A stretch of 64,000 nt of DNA from Methanosarcinales archaeon (GCA_030611585.1 JAUWPM010000001.1:1715-65714); one strand, 5' to 3'. Counted from the stretch's first letter, positions 29,728 to 40,385 are shown. Notes: generated by a model not told the origin, from the sequence alone. Numbers and translations: made by a program.

Positions 29728-31266
29728 CTATTCTGTGTTCTTTTTCTCAGATCGCAGTTCTTTGAGTTTCTGTTCGTATAATTGCTTAAATCTTTGGAAG
29801 GACTCGCGGTCTTGTTCCACTATGTTTGATTCGTACCCTCGAATTGCAGTTTTGACGAACTCTTCGTTTAAAAGAGTTAATTCTGCAAGACTGACGGCCG
29901 CAATCTCAGTCACACGTTCAAAACCTTTTTTAGTGGCGGACATTCTAACTGCTACAAGAGCCAGTGCTGCTTGCTGTGTTGCATCTTTAAGATTATTTTT
30001 CGCTGCGGCTATTCCAACAGTTTTAAGATGCATTACCACACTAAATATTGCCTCTTTTAACTCTTTTTCCACCGCAATTTCTCCAATAGCGTGAAGAGAC
30101 TCTACTGCCCACTTTGTCGCGTTCACAAAACCTTTTTCTGCAGTTTTACTTCCGATTTCTCCAAGACTACTTACTGCCGTGGTAGTTAGATTTTTAATTC
30201 TTTTTACTGCAGCAGTTCTTCCAACTTCTCCAAGACTACTTACTGCTGCTGTTGCCGCTCTTTCAAGCTCTTTTTCCGCAGCAATTCTTCCAATGCCTCC
30301 AAGATTCAATGCTACCATAAGTGTTGTATATTCAAGCTCTTTTTCCGCAGCAATTCTTCCGATTAAATTAAGAAAACTTAATGCTCTGGTTGTCGCATCT
30401 TCAAATCTATTTTCTGCTGTTGATCTTCCGAATTTTCCTAAATTATTCACAACTTCTAAAGCGGCTTCTTCATCCTCCTTACTTATAGCTAATTTGCTAA
30501 CTCGTTCTAAATGCGTACAAAAACGCTCGGAAATCTCTTTTTCTCCATCAGAATCAATAATTTCGATTACCCGCTCAGTCACCGCTTTCAACCCAACCCG
30601 CATCGTTGCAATGTCATATCTCATGATAGAACCGTGCACTATATCCATAATGGGCTGAATGGGGTCTTCTTTCGGTTTCAAAATGGCATCTTTGGTAATA
30701 TCGGCTGTCAATCGGTTTATGATATTGACGGGATTCAAAAGATCTATAATACTGAGTATATACCGAAATAGCATCAAAAAAGAAAAAATACCGAGAAAAT
30801 ATGCACAGATAATGTGGATTTCAATTGGATAATTAAAAAGGGAGATTTCTCTTAGATCACCATCCCTTATTGTTTTCAAAATCAAAAGCCCATAAAATAT
30901 GGAGTGCCCATACAAAGCCAAAAGTAGCCACACATCAGGATTATTTCTGAAAATGCGAATTACTCGCGGTGAATACGCAGAAGCGGAAAGTTGAACGGCA
31001 ATCAAGGTCAGCGATACGACGATAGCAACGATTGCCGCCTGACTTTGAACCAGTGCACTGAGCATGTATCTGGCACTATTGGCATCAGTATGAAAAAGAT
31101 TGAAATAAGCAAATAGAACAGTACCAACAAAACTAAATAATATTGCAAGAACGTTGTACTCAAAAATACGTTTAGTCCAGAGTTTTCCGTAACTTACCCA
31201 CTGATCACGCGCTTTGTTCTTGATGCTTTTCAAAAACCCCTTTAAATCCTTTTTCTCATCATCCAT
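29728..31266 (-). CDS. DUF2254-like membrane protein with 23-aa helical repeats
   Basis: SLTLIAVQLSASAYSPR motif; repeated (L/I)GxIGxxAAEK units. Confidence 0.75.
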   Translation of the reverse strand: MDDEKKDLKGFLKSIKNKARDQWVSYGKLWTKRIFEYNVLAILFSFVGTVLFAYFNLFHTDANSARYMLSALVQSQAAIVAIVVSLTLIAVQLSASAYSPRVIRIFRNNPDVWLLLALYGHSIFYGLLILKTIRDGDLREISLFNYPIEIHIICAYFLGIFSFLMLFRYILSIIDLLNPVNIINRLTADITKDAILKPKEDPIQPIMDIVHGSIMRYDIATMRVGLKAVTERVIEIIDSDGEKEISERFCTHLERVSKLAISKEDEEAALEVVNNLGKFGRSTAENRFEDATTRALSFLNLIGRIAAEKELEYTTLMVALNLGGIGRIAAEKELERAATAAVSSLGEVGRTAAVKRIKNLTTTAVSSLGEIGSKTAEKGFVNATKWAVESLHAIGEIAVEKELKEAIFSVVMHLKTVGIAAAKNNLKDATQQAALALVAVRMSATKKGFERVTEIAAVSLAELTLLNEEFVKTAIRGYESNIVEQDRESFQRFKQLYEQKLKELRSEKKNTE

Positions 31267-31325
31267 GTGAACAACATAATATAAGGTATTACTTAAGTCT
31301 TACCATGATTTGATGCATTCTGAGA

Positions 31326-31560
31326 ATGCTAAATCCGAACCACACCAAACATTCGATTAGTGTACACGAGTGCAAACGCCAGCACGGTAAAGATTAGCGT
31401 GCCAATTATTAACGTTTTGTTTGTCCCGATTCGCGAGCTCAGCCATACAATCGCTAACGCATACGGTATCTAGAGGGGTATGGAGAGCAGACAGGACTTC
31501 GCCGTTAATGCTACTGCGGCATCGCCCGCGGATTACCAGAGTTTTACCGCAGAGTACGCG
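31326..31560 (-). pseudogene. Degraded small membrane-protein gene truncated by repeat B
   Basis: Minus frame YSAVKLW*SAGDAAVALTAKSCLLSIPL*IPYALAIVWLSSRIGTNKTLIIGTLIF... has two stops; its 5' end abuts repeat B. Confidence 0.5.
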
Positions 31561-31681
31561 GAATTAGAGGTTTAGTTTATTAGCGGTTCCGCTCGTTAGC
31601 TAAACCTCCAAACCGCTAACCCTCTAACCCGCTATCCCTCTATCCTCTGTGGTCTCTTTGGTCTCTGCGCTCTCGGCGGTA
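31561..31681 (+). repeat. Intergenic repeat family B
   Basis: Matches 10183-10290. Confidence 0.85.
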
Positions 31682-31714
31682 ATAAATAAATCACTATATT
31701 TTTATACCGTGCCG

Positions 31715-32098
31715 TCAAGCCACAATCAACTTGACGTAATCCATTTTCCCGGTGATCTGGAACAATCTAACCAACTCCTTTATCCGCGCAGCGTCACCCT
31801 CCAAGATGAACACTTCAAGGCATTTATCTTCCCGCAAGTGGTTATGAATCTGAGTGCTTATGATGTCCTCGAATTCGTGTTTTATCTCTGTCACCACATC
31901 CTCCGCTTTCTGCGCATGAATGAGCAAGAGCACGAAATTCAACCTGCCCTCCAGCTTCTCCTTCTCTTTGCTATCCGCAATGAGCATTCTCGCCCCCGCT
32001 CTTATCACTTCTGACCGCCCGGAGAACCCCAGCTCTTTCTGTAGCTTATCTATCCCCGCTAATAGCCCATCATTTAATGATATGCTGATGATTGTCAT
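31715..32098 (-). CDS. nikR: NikR family ribbon-helix-helix metalloregulator
   Basis: IISISL...[13 protein letters not shown] domain; H..QIHNH..KCLEV metal site. Confidence 0.85.
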   Translation of the reverse strand: MTIISISLNDGLLAGIDKLQKELGFSGRSEVIRAGARMLIADSKEKEKLEGRLNFVLLLIHAQKAEDVVTEIKHEFEDIISTQIHNHLREDKCLEVFILEGDAARIKELVRLFQITGKMDYVKLIVA

Positions 32099-32212
32099 TT
32101 CCCTTCTCCCAAATAGGTTTTAGTAACCGGTTTAAAAATACCTCCACAAAGGATAATAACAAATCATTTAAATGTTAATAATCATTAGAATTAAATTATA
32201 GTAAAATTAACA

Positions 32213-32821
32213 ATGCATAAAACACCGAAGCCCATTAGCCAGGAGTTACTGAGGCATGCGCCTTTTACTGCCGTCGGCGCCATTACCGGAATTGTTGTCG
32301 TATTTCTGGCAGTTCAATTCCCTCAAAGTACTTCCGAACGGATTTTCTATACCCTTCATCCGATTCATGTCTTGTTGAGCGCACTCGTAACTGCGGGCAT
32401 GTACCGGCTGCACAAAGGCAAAGGCGTGTCGGTAATTCTAATTGGTTATATCGGCTCTATTGGCATAGCGACGATAAGCGATTCACTCGTGCCCTATGCA
32501 GGAGAAATCTTGCTCAATCTACCCAATCCCGGACTTCATATCGGCTTTATCGAGAAGTGGTGGCTTGTAAACCCTCTTGCATTTCTCGGCATTGCAATTG
32601 CTTACTGGAGACCCACAACTAAGTTCCCGCACGCAGGACACGTATTGCTGAGCACCTGGGCATCGGCATTTCACGTAATCATGGCATTGGGCGTGACGGT
32701 AAGTTGGATCTCCCTCCTCATTATAGGGTTGTTTCTGTTCCTCGCCGTTTGGTTCCCGTGCTGCTTAAGCGACATAATCTTCCCACTTTTATTCGTGAGA
32801 GGGGACGATACCAAACGTTAA
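32213..32821 (+). CDS. His-containing membrane protein, putative metal permease
   Basis: HAPFT, LHPIHVLLSA, FPHAGHVLLS, PCCLSD in about 6 TM; divergent from nikR. Confidence 0.7.
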   Translation: MHKTPKPISQELLRHAPFTAVGAITGIVVVFLAVQFPQSTSERIFYTLHPIHVLLSALVTAGMYRLHKGKGVSVILIGYIGSIGIATISDSLVPYAGEILLNLPNPGLHIGFIEKWWLVNPLAFLGIAIAYWRPTTKFPHAGHVLLSTWASAFHVIMALGVTVSWISLLIIGLFLFLAVWFPCCLSDIIFPLLFVRGDDTKR

Positions 32822-32940
32822 ATCCACGGCTGCCTCGGATAGCTTTTAATACACATAAAAACAATAGGAATACGAATGAATAGTGGAGAGCCACATTCTG
32901 CTATATGTGAGAAAGAAGTAAAAGGAGGTGAACCGGAAAA

Positions 32941-33117
32941 ATGAAGATCGTAGCGATAATAGTGGTGGTGGTGATTGCGCTTTTCTTCTTACTGCCCATT
33001 CTTTATGGAAGTGCGCCCCTCCCGGAAGACATGTCCGCGGGTCAAATCGGGAATTTTATCGGTGGTTTCGCACGTTACTGGATAGACGCATTAACAAGCG
33101 CGTTTTCATCCCCGTAA
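32941..33117 (+). CDS. Unannotated 58-aa membrane/secreted protein
   Basis: AGGAGGTG SD; MKIVAIIVVVVIALFFLLPILYG...FIGGFARYWIDAL. Confidence 0.65.
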   Translation: MKIVAIIVVVVIALFFLLPILYGSAPLPEDMSAGQIGNFIGGFARYWIDALTSAFSSP

Positions 33118-33162
33118 TTGATTTAATGCACGAGTGAATGAGCAGAAGCTCAAACAGTGGTT

Positions 33163-34689
33163 TTATAGCTTTTTTGCCGCCTCAAACCGTTCCCTCAAAA
33201 ATTCAGTCTCCAGAGAAGCGAGCAGCCAGCCTGCTCGTGGCCCTGACGGCTTACCCAATAACGCGATGTAAATCGCCTTGAAAACCTCCTTTGGTTCCGT
33301 ATTGGTCGCGGAGGCAACTTCGTATATCTTATTATGCCAGTCCTCAGCACTCAGAATCCTACCTCCCCGTAGTTCATGCGCCATGAGCGTCAACGCAGCT
33401 TTTTGCGACTCGGACAACGTTTTTAGTTCCTCTGCCGGTGCCGCTGCTTGCACTTCGAACTTTACGTTCGGAGGTGCATAGTTCCGTAGCCAATTTTCCG
33501 CATACTCTGCTTTCTTCCGTATCTCTTTCAGTTCTTCTTCGTTCTCTTCATGAAGCTCGTAGCCACTTCTTTTAATGGCATCAAGGAGTTTCGAAGAATC
33601 GCCTCGGGCAATTTGCACGAGAGTAACGAGATGCCGGAATGAGAGTTCACCAGCGATGCCGCTTCCGATACTCCCGATCTCACGCTCGTACTCGTCTACC
33701 AGGTTGAGTAACGGTAACGAAGGATTGAACGCAATATGCTTCCCTGGCCGCGTTCGCGAGATGACATGCTTCAAAATTACCGGTGGCACGGCTTCTAATA
33801 TCTCATGTACCGGGATGTTGGTCCCCCGGGAGGACGACATGGCGGTAACTTTCGCCTTCGTTCCTTCTTGCTGTTGCAGCTTCAGGAGGATATGTTCAAA
33901 GGGTATGGGATACGGCGCCGGGTAATTGTATATCTCTAAGGATATGCGCGTGCCCGTGTCAAACGATCCACCGGGTGCGGCATGGTCTTTGCCAAACGGC
34001 TCGATGGTAACGCCGAGGATCTTCCATCGCGCTGCCCAATCCACTCGCCATGCTAATTTACCACCGCCCGTAAACGAAGCCACACCCTTGTTTCCACATT
34101 CACACTCGTAATACGCTTCCTCCTTATCCAAATCGTAGCCCTTTACCACCGCAGCGGTTATTCTGCCGCACGCATCACAAAGCGGGTTAAAAGGTGACCA
34201 TTCCTCTGGCAGTTTTCTACCCGAAACGTCCTTTATTATCCTTGACAGTTCGTCCCTCCTCAATAGTGATTCCTTTATCGTGTCCACGTACAGCCCGGAC
34301 TTGTACAGCTCGTCGGCTCGTAAAACCTCTATTTGTATGCCTAAATCGTCCAGAGAATCGAGAAAGGGCAGTAGAAAATGGTCGGCATAGGAAGGCAAGC
34401 GTCCTTCGGGGTCTGGTATCTCTGATAGCGGCTTACCCACGTGCGCTTCGTATTCCGGAGGCAGGAACGGGTATCTCCGTCTGAGCGGGTCAAACGTGTC
34501 TGCAATGTAAATTAGTCGTGCGTCCACGCCCATATCTCTGAGCGCATTGTACACTGCGTCACCGGTGATTATCTCTCGCAGGTTACCCACGTGAATATCT
34601 CCCGAGGGCGTAATGCCGGTAGCAACAACGTGCTTCTTCTCTTCCCTTTTCGATACGATGTCCTGTGCGATTACTAAAGACCAGTGCAT
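33163..34689 (-). CDS. lysS: Lysine-tRNA ligase, class I
   Basis: MHW start, GITPSGDIHVGNLRE, KLAWRVDWAARW, EPFGKDH, MSSSRG, GPRAG. Confidence 0.96.
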   Translation of the reverse strand: MHWSLVIAQDIVSKREEKKHVVATGITPSGDIHVGNLREIITGDAVYNALRDMGVDARLIYIADTFDPLRRRYPFLPPEYEAHVGKPLSEIPDPEGRLPSYADHFLLPFLDSLDDLGIQIEVLRADELYKSGLYVDTIKESLLRRDELSRIIKDVSGRKLPEEWSPFNPLCDACGRITAAVVKGYDLDKEEAYYECECGNKGVASFTGGGKLAWRVDWAARWKILGVTIEPFGKDHAAPGGSFDTGTRISLEIYNYPAPYPIPFEHILLKLQQQEGTKAKVTAMSSSRGTNIPVHEILEAVPPVILKHVISRTRPGKHIAFNPSLPLLNLVDEYEREIGSIGSGIAGELSFRHLVTLVQIARGDSSKLLDAIKRSGYELHEENEEELKEIRKKAEYAENWLRNYAPPNVKFEVQAAAPAEELKTLSESQKAALTLMAHELRGGRILSAEDWHNKIYEVASATNTEPKEVFKAIYIALLGKPSGPRAGWLLASLETEFLRERFEAAKKL

Positions 34690-34816
34690 TGTATTATTAT
34701 TGTAGTACTAAGGTAGTGGCGAGACGTTTAAAAGATACGCGATTGGTCTTTCTCGTATCCGAAGAAAGAGACATTTTCCGTCAACGCGTTTCTTCTTAAA
34801 GAAAAGGGTTATGAAT

Positions 34817-34943
34817 GAGCATAGCAGCGATCCAGAGTTCCCAAGTGCTCGCGCAACTCAGTACAGTAAGGAACGCTGACGGGCTTATCTGCCGGGTTCG
34901 GAATGAGACCGGGAGTTTCCCCGCCGCTATGGCCGCTATGCCC
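34817..34943 (-). rRNA. rrf: 5S rRNA (stand-alone)
   Basis: GGGCATAGCGGCCATAGCGG...CCCGGTCTCATTCCGAACCCGG..TAAG...CGCTGCTATGCTC with a terminal helix. Confidence 0.95.
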
Positions 34944-35006
34944 ATTTAGAGTATGATATTTTTTCTACTTAAAAAGGTTGTTGCGAAACCAGCAGGAAAA
35001 AAAAAA

Positions 35007-35048
35007 CGAAAACCTTTTTATATCGAACAGTTTTATATTGCATATCGA
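35007..35048 (+). promoter_or_regulatory. BRE-TATA plus Mo/W operator copy 1 (modA)
   Basis: cgaaaaccTTTTTATA then TCGAACAG-N10-CATATCGA. Confidence 0.75.
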
Positions 35049-35060
35049 AGGTGAACAAAA

Positions 35061-35903
35061 ATGGAAAGAAAGAAAATTTTAGGTATAATAGCAATAGTGG
35101 CAATCGCAACGGCAGTGATGTTCGCGGGTTGTATCAACGAAGAAACGCCTGTGTCCACTCCTACGCAGACGGCAACGGTAAGTCCGACCACACCAACGGG
35201 AACTTCTTCACTCATGGTCTATAGCGGCGCGGGCATGAGAAAGCCGATGGATGAGATCGGAACTTTGTTTGAGCAGAAGTACGGCGTTCCCGTGAACTAC
35301 AACTATGCCGGTTCCAATACGCTCTTGAGCCAGATAGAACTGACGAAAAAAGGCGACGTCTACATGCCGGGAGCAACGATGTACATCGAGACAGCGAAAG
35401 AGAAGGGGTTTGTTGATTACGAGCAGAATGTCGCATACCATATACCGGTGATCGCAGTCCCGGAGGGTAATCCGGCGAATATAACCTGTTTGGATGACCT
35501 TACAAAGCCTGGGGTAAAAGTCGTTCTGGGAGATCCGAAAGCAGCTGCATGTGGCAAGATCGCAAAGAAAATACTGGAGAAGAACGGGATTACGGATGCC
35601 GTGGATGCGAATACCATTGCGCGTGCTGCGACAGTAAATGAGCTGGTGGTCTATACGTGCATGGGCACCGCGGACGCATCAATAATATGGCAAGCATCTC
35701 TGATTGGGACTGGGAACGAGACGGATATTATAGAGATACCCAGGGAGCAGAATCTCATAAAAGTGATTCCAATAGGCACGCTAACGTTCTCTGAGAACAA
35801 AGATTATGCAAAGAAATTCGTTGATTTCGTTACCTCTGATGAAGGAAAAGCAATTTACGAGAAACATGGATTTACGGCATATCCAAACGAAAAGTATGAA
35901 TAG
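35061..35903 (+). CDS. modA: Molybdate ABC transporter binding lipoprotein
   Basis: Lipobox FAGC, YSGAGM, YAGSNTL, GDPKAAACG, ATVNEL. Confidence 0.88.
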   Translation: MERKKILGIIAIVAIATAVMFAGCINEETPVSTPTQTATVSPTTPTGTSSLMVYSGAGMRKPMDEIGTLFEQKYGVPVNYNYAGSNTLLSQIELTKKGDVYMPGATMYIETAKEKGFVDYEQNVAYHIPVIAVPEGNPANITCLDDLTKPGVKVVLGDPKAAACGKIAKKILEKNGITDAVDANTIARAATVNELVVYTCMGTADASIIWQASLIGTGNETDIIEIPREQNLIKVIPIGTLTFSENKDYAKKFVDFVTSDEGKAIYEKHGFTAYPNEKYE

Positions 35904-35951
35904 TCTGGTTCACAAGAACAGTACAGTAAGAGAGTAAGGGTAAGGGCGGCG

Positions 35952-36461
35952 ATGGGGGAAGACATAGAGGGAAAGGAGGCTCGGAAGACGTACCAACCAA
36001 TCGGAATAATACACTCAGGATTCCGGGATAAAAAAGACACGCCCATTCAGGGCATTTTCGCAAAGGGCGCAAAGGGTAAGGTGGAAGTGTTCCCTGAATA
36101 CGCTAACGGGCTCAAAGACATCGAGGGTTTCTCGCACCTTATCCTTATTTACCATTTCCATCGCTCTGACGGCTATTCGTTGATTTCAAAGCCGCTTTTA
36201 GAGGACGAACCGCATGGAATCTTCTCAATAAGGCATTTCAAAAGGCCCAACCCCATCGGATTGTCCGTAGTCAAGCTGGAGAGCGTAAAGGGGAATGTTT
36301 TGGAGATCAGCGACGTTGACGTCCTGGACGGTACGCCGCTGCTCGATATAAAACCCTTCGTGCCGCGGTTTGACAACAGACCGGATGCAAAAAGTGGGTG
36401 GCTCAGTAACCCCCATTTAGATCTGGTTAAGGGTGAATCGGGCAAACATAGAAGCGAATAG
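35952..36461 (+). CDS. TrmO/TsaA (YaeB) family SAM-binding protein
   Basis: PIGIIHS, FSHLILIYHFH, GIFS.R..RPNPIGLS, DGTPLLDIKPF. Confidence 0.88.
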   Translation: MGEDIEGKEARKTYQPIGIIHSGFRDKKDTPIQGIFAKGAKGKVEVFPEYANGLKDIEGFSHLILIYHFHRSDGYSLISKPLLEDEPHGIFSIRHFKRPNPIGLSVVKLESVKGNVLEISDVDVLDGTPLLDIKPFVPRFDNRPDAKSGWLSNPHLDLVKGESGKHRSE

Positions 36462-36479
36462 GAACGAAGGGTCAGCACA

Positions 36480-37280
36480 ATGTTAAAGGAATTGAAAGCG
36501 TCAAAGATCAAGATTGTTACGATACTATCCTGTTTACTGCTCGCCTTTTTTATTTTAGTCCTGATTATTTGCGTGGTTACGCACACCACGCTGCCGGCAC
36601 TGATGACCAGCCTTGCTTCCAAGGAGATACAATTCGCAATAAAATTGAGTTTGACAACCGCTGCCATCTCCACCATTCTATGTATTGCCATCTCAATACC
36701 TGCGGCATACGCGCTTGCTCGATACGAGTTCTTTGGTAAGAGTTTGATTAATACCCTGATGGACATTCCGCTGGCTTTACCGCCGTTGGTCGCTGGCGTG
36801 GGTTTGTTAATACTATTTGGCACGACCTCGTTTGGTAAAGCGCTTGCCGAAACGGGGCTTGTTTTCGTGTTCACACCATTGGGGATAATAATTGCGCAGT
36901 TCTTTGTTAACGTGCCGTTCATGTTCCGGATACTGCGAGGCACTTTTCAGGGCATAAATCCGAGATACGAGCACGTAGCAGAGACGCTTGGGTGCACAGA
37001 GGCACAGGCATTTCGGCGTGTTACACTGCCGATGTCGAAGAATGGTCTCTTAGCGGGCTCTGTTATCACGTGGTCAAAAGGGATAGGCGAGTTTGGAGCC
37101 GCACTGATGGTCGCAGGAGCGACGAGAATGAAGACCGAGACGTTGCCCATTTCATTATACTTGAACATGTCCTGCGGTGAACTCAATTTAGCCATCGCAT
37201 CAGCAACCATTCTGATTGTCATATCACTTGTATCTCTGTTCGTTTTTGAAAGGTACGGGGGTTTTGCCCGTGTATTCTGA
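36480..37280 (+). CDS. modB: Molybdate ABC transporter permease
   Basis: DIPLALPPLVAG, YEHVAETLG EAA loop, GEFGA. Confidence 0.9.
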   Translation: MLKELKASKIKIVTILSCLLLAFFILVLIICVVTHTTLPALMTSLASKEIQFAIKLSLTTAAISTILCIAISIPAAYALARYEFFGKSLINTLMDIPLALPPLVAGVGLLILFGTTSFGKALAETGLVFVFTPLGIIIAQFFVNVPFMFRILRGTFQGINPRYEHVAETLGCTEAQAFRRVTLPMSKNGLLAGSVITWSKGIGEFGAALMVAGATRMKTETLPISLYLNMSCGELNLAIASATILIVISLVSLFVFERYGGFARVF

Positions 37281-37302
37281 GGACAAAGGAGCGGCAAAGA
37301 AA

Positions 37303-38376
37303 ATGATACGGTTAGAGAACATATCAAAGGATCTGGGCGAGTTCTTCTTACGAGACGTAACGCTCGAGATAAACGAAGGCGAGTATTTCGTCATCCTGGG
37401 TCCTACAGGTGCAGGAAAGACAATCCTGCTGGAGACGATAGCGGGTATTTACCACCCGGATAGTGGCAGGATTCTTCTTAACGATAGCGACGTTACTGAG
37501 GTCCCACCACGGGAGCGGAACATTGGCATGGTCTATCAGGATTATATCCTGTTCCCGTTTCTGACGGTAGAGGAAAACATCGGCTTTGGACTGAAGTCGC
37601 GAAAGATAGGAAAAAGCGAGATCAAACGTAAGGTGGATGAACTTGAGAACTTATTGGATATTTCTCATCTGTCGCATCGTTACCCCGTTACGCTCAGTGG
37701 CGGCGAGCAGCAGAAGGTCGCCATTGCACGCGCAATCGCCATTGAACCCCCGATATTGCTTCTGGACGAGCCGTTATCCGCTTTGGACTCCAGAACGCGG
37801 GATTATCTGAGAGGAGAGCTGAAGCGAGTGAAAGACGAATTCGGGATTACCATGGTTCACGTAACGCACGACCAGACGGAGGCGATGGTGCTCGCTGATA
37901 GAATAGCGGTGATGATGCAAGGGCGAATACTGCAGGTAGGTACACCTTACGAGATTTTTAATAAGCCACTAAACAATGATTTAGCCGATTTCGTCGGTGT
38001 TGAGAACATACTGAGCGGTGTCGTGCGCACTAATGAGGATGGCGTTGCGGAGATAGAAGTTGATACTGGAGGGACTATATTCGCCGTTTCTGAGTACCAT
38101 GCAGGGGATGCCGTAAAAGTATTCTTAAGACCCGAGGAGATAATCTTGTCCGGACATGAGGGGGATAGCACAGCCAGAAACGTTGTGAAAGGAAGAATAA
38201 ACGAGCTGCATGACGTGGGCCCTTTAACACGTGTGCAAATGGATACCGGGCGTAGCGAGCTTAGCGAGCTTGTAGTGCTTATTACAAAGCGATCACGTGA
38301 AAGCCTTGGATTGCAGATAGGGGATGAAGTCTACGCAACTTTCAAAGCGACTTCGGCGCACGTAGTGCGAGGATGA
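37303..38376 (+). CDS. modC: Molybdate/tungstate ABC ATPase with TOBE domain
   Basis: GPTGAGKT, LSGGEQQ, LLLDEP, C-terminal TOBE. Confidence 0.9.
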   Translation: MIRLENISKDLGEFFLRDVTLEINEGEYFVILGPTGAGKTILLETIAGIYHPDSGRILLNDSDVTEVPPRERNIGMVYQDYILFPFLTVEENIGFGLKSRKIGKSEIKRKVDELENLLDISHLSHRYPVTLSGGEQQKVAIARAIAIEPPILLLDEPLSALDSRTRDYLRGELKRVKDEFGITMVHVTHDQTEAMVLADRIAVMMQGRILQVGTPYEIFNKPLNNDLADFVGVENILSGVVRTNEDGVAEIEVDTGGTIFAVSEYHAGDAVKVFLRPEEIILSGHEGDSTARNVVKGRINELHDVGPLTRVQMDTGRSELSELVVLITKRSRESLGLQIGDEVYATFKATSAHVVRG

Positions 38377-38425
38377 GAAGCGGCATGCTTCTATAAAGGT
38401 TCGTTGAGAAACCAACAGTAAAAAA

Positions 38426-38468
38426 CCGCAAACCTTTTTATATCGAATGGTCATATATCGCATATCGA
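38426..38468 (+). promoter_or_regulatory. BRE-TATA plus Mo/W operator copy 2
   Basis: ccgcaaaccTTTTTATA TCGAATGG-N10-CATATCGA. Confidence 0.75.
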
Positions 38469-38478
38469 AGGTGGATAA

Positions 38479-39666
<1,188 letters not shown>

Positions 39667-39752
39667 AACTGAATCTTTAGGGGGGAAATAGTTCTCCCTC
39701 TTATTTATTTTTTTTGATTTTTACCAGAATAACAGACCGTTTTGAGAAAAAA

Positions 39753-39794
39753 CCGAAAAGCTTTTATAGCGAGTGATATAAATGTGCATATCGC
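39753..39794 (+). promoter_or_regulatory. BRE-TATA plus Mo/W operator copy 3
   Basis: ccgaaaagcTTTTATA GCGAGTGA-N10-CATATCGC. Confidence 0.7.
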
Positions 39795-39900
39795 GTAAGC
39801 CATTATTTCGCCTCTGGTTCTGGTTTTGGTCATTACATACGGATATGGAACAGAAGCGGTAGCGTGGGGCGGATGTCGCCCCGCCCCTCGCATTGTTTTT
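39793..39900 (+). ncRNA. Candidate Mo/W-regulated two-hairpin sRNA or leader RNA, copy 1
   Basis: Blocks GCCATTATTTCGCCTCTG, ACAGAAGC and GCGTGGGGCG..CGCCCCGC are shared with 54330-54429; U-tract at the end. Confidence 0.55.
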
Positions 39901-39965
39901 GGCCGCCCGCTATAACCAACAACAGTTGCAAAACACCGTGGGGCATGCATAGATAGGTGAGCGAA

Positions 39966-40127
39966 ATGGACGAAATAACAAGACTGATAAAGGATCTGAG
40001 AAGACTACTTCAGAATATCCCCGAAGAAGATCGCTATAAAATTCTGGAAGGGGTGGATGTTAATGAGATAAAAGAAGAGTTGGGCTCGTGGTTTATCGCG
40101 GACTATCCATTTTACAAGGGTTCATAG
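39966..40127 (+). CDS. Unannotated 53-aa protein (GSWFI family, copy 2)
   Basis: AGGTGA SD; MDEITRLIKDLRRLLQNI...IKEELGSWFIADYPFYKGS; homologous to 19534-19707. Confidence 0.8.
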   Translation: MDEITRLIKDLRRLLQNIPEEDRYKILEGVDVNEIKEELGSWFIADYPFYKGS

Positions 40128-40175
40128 CGGAGAGGCACGATTCGTTCAAAAAAAAGAGAAAGGTCGGTGGTTTTT

Positions 40176-40385
40176 TCAGTCTTTTGAGACCATTACTTCC
40201 GACGCTTTTATCACCGCTTCTACTTTATCGCCCGCTTTGAGACCAAGATCTTCCGCCGCCTCTTTTGTGATCATCGAGGTGATGATTGCGGGCTTGGTGA
40301 TCTCGATTTTTACCGTAGAAGCAACCTCGCCTTTCTCTATTGCCTTTACAACACCTTCAATCCTATTCCTTGCGCTTAATGGCAT
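40176..40385 (-). CDS. Mop/molbindin single-TOBE molybdate-binding protein
   Basis: LSARNRIEG...ITSMIT..AAEDLGL..GDKVEAVIKASEVMV. Confidence 0.92.
   Translation of the reverse strand: MPLSARNRIEGVVKAIEKGEVASTVKIEITKPAIITSMITKEAAEDLGLKAGDKVEAVIKASEVMVSKD

Noticed and set aside
34817..34943. Stand-alone 5S rRNA as a novelty
   Set aside because: Unlinked 5S genes are common in archaea.
39793..39900. Known Moco/Tuco riboswitch
   Set aside because: Only two hairpins are visible, not the multi-stem junction of that motif, and copy 2 has no downstream gene.
39705..39950. Minus-strand ORF, including the SD-led peptide MAYAICTF... and its counterpart MACTICSY... at 54340
   Set aside because: Their similarity is explained by running antisense through the conserved operator and TATA box, and their tails differ. 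Kept only as an alternative to the sRNA model.
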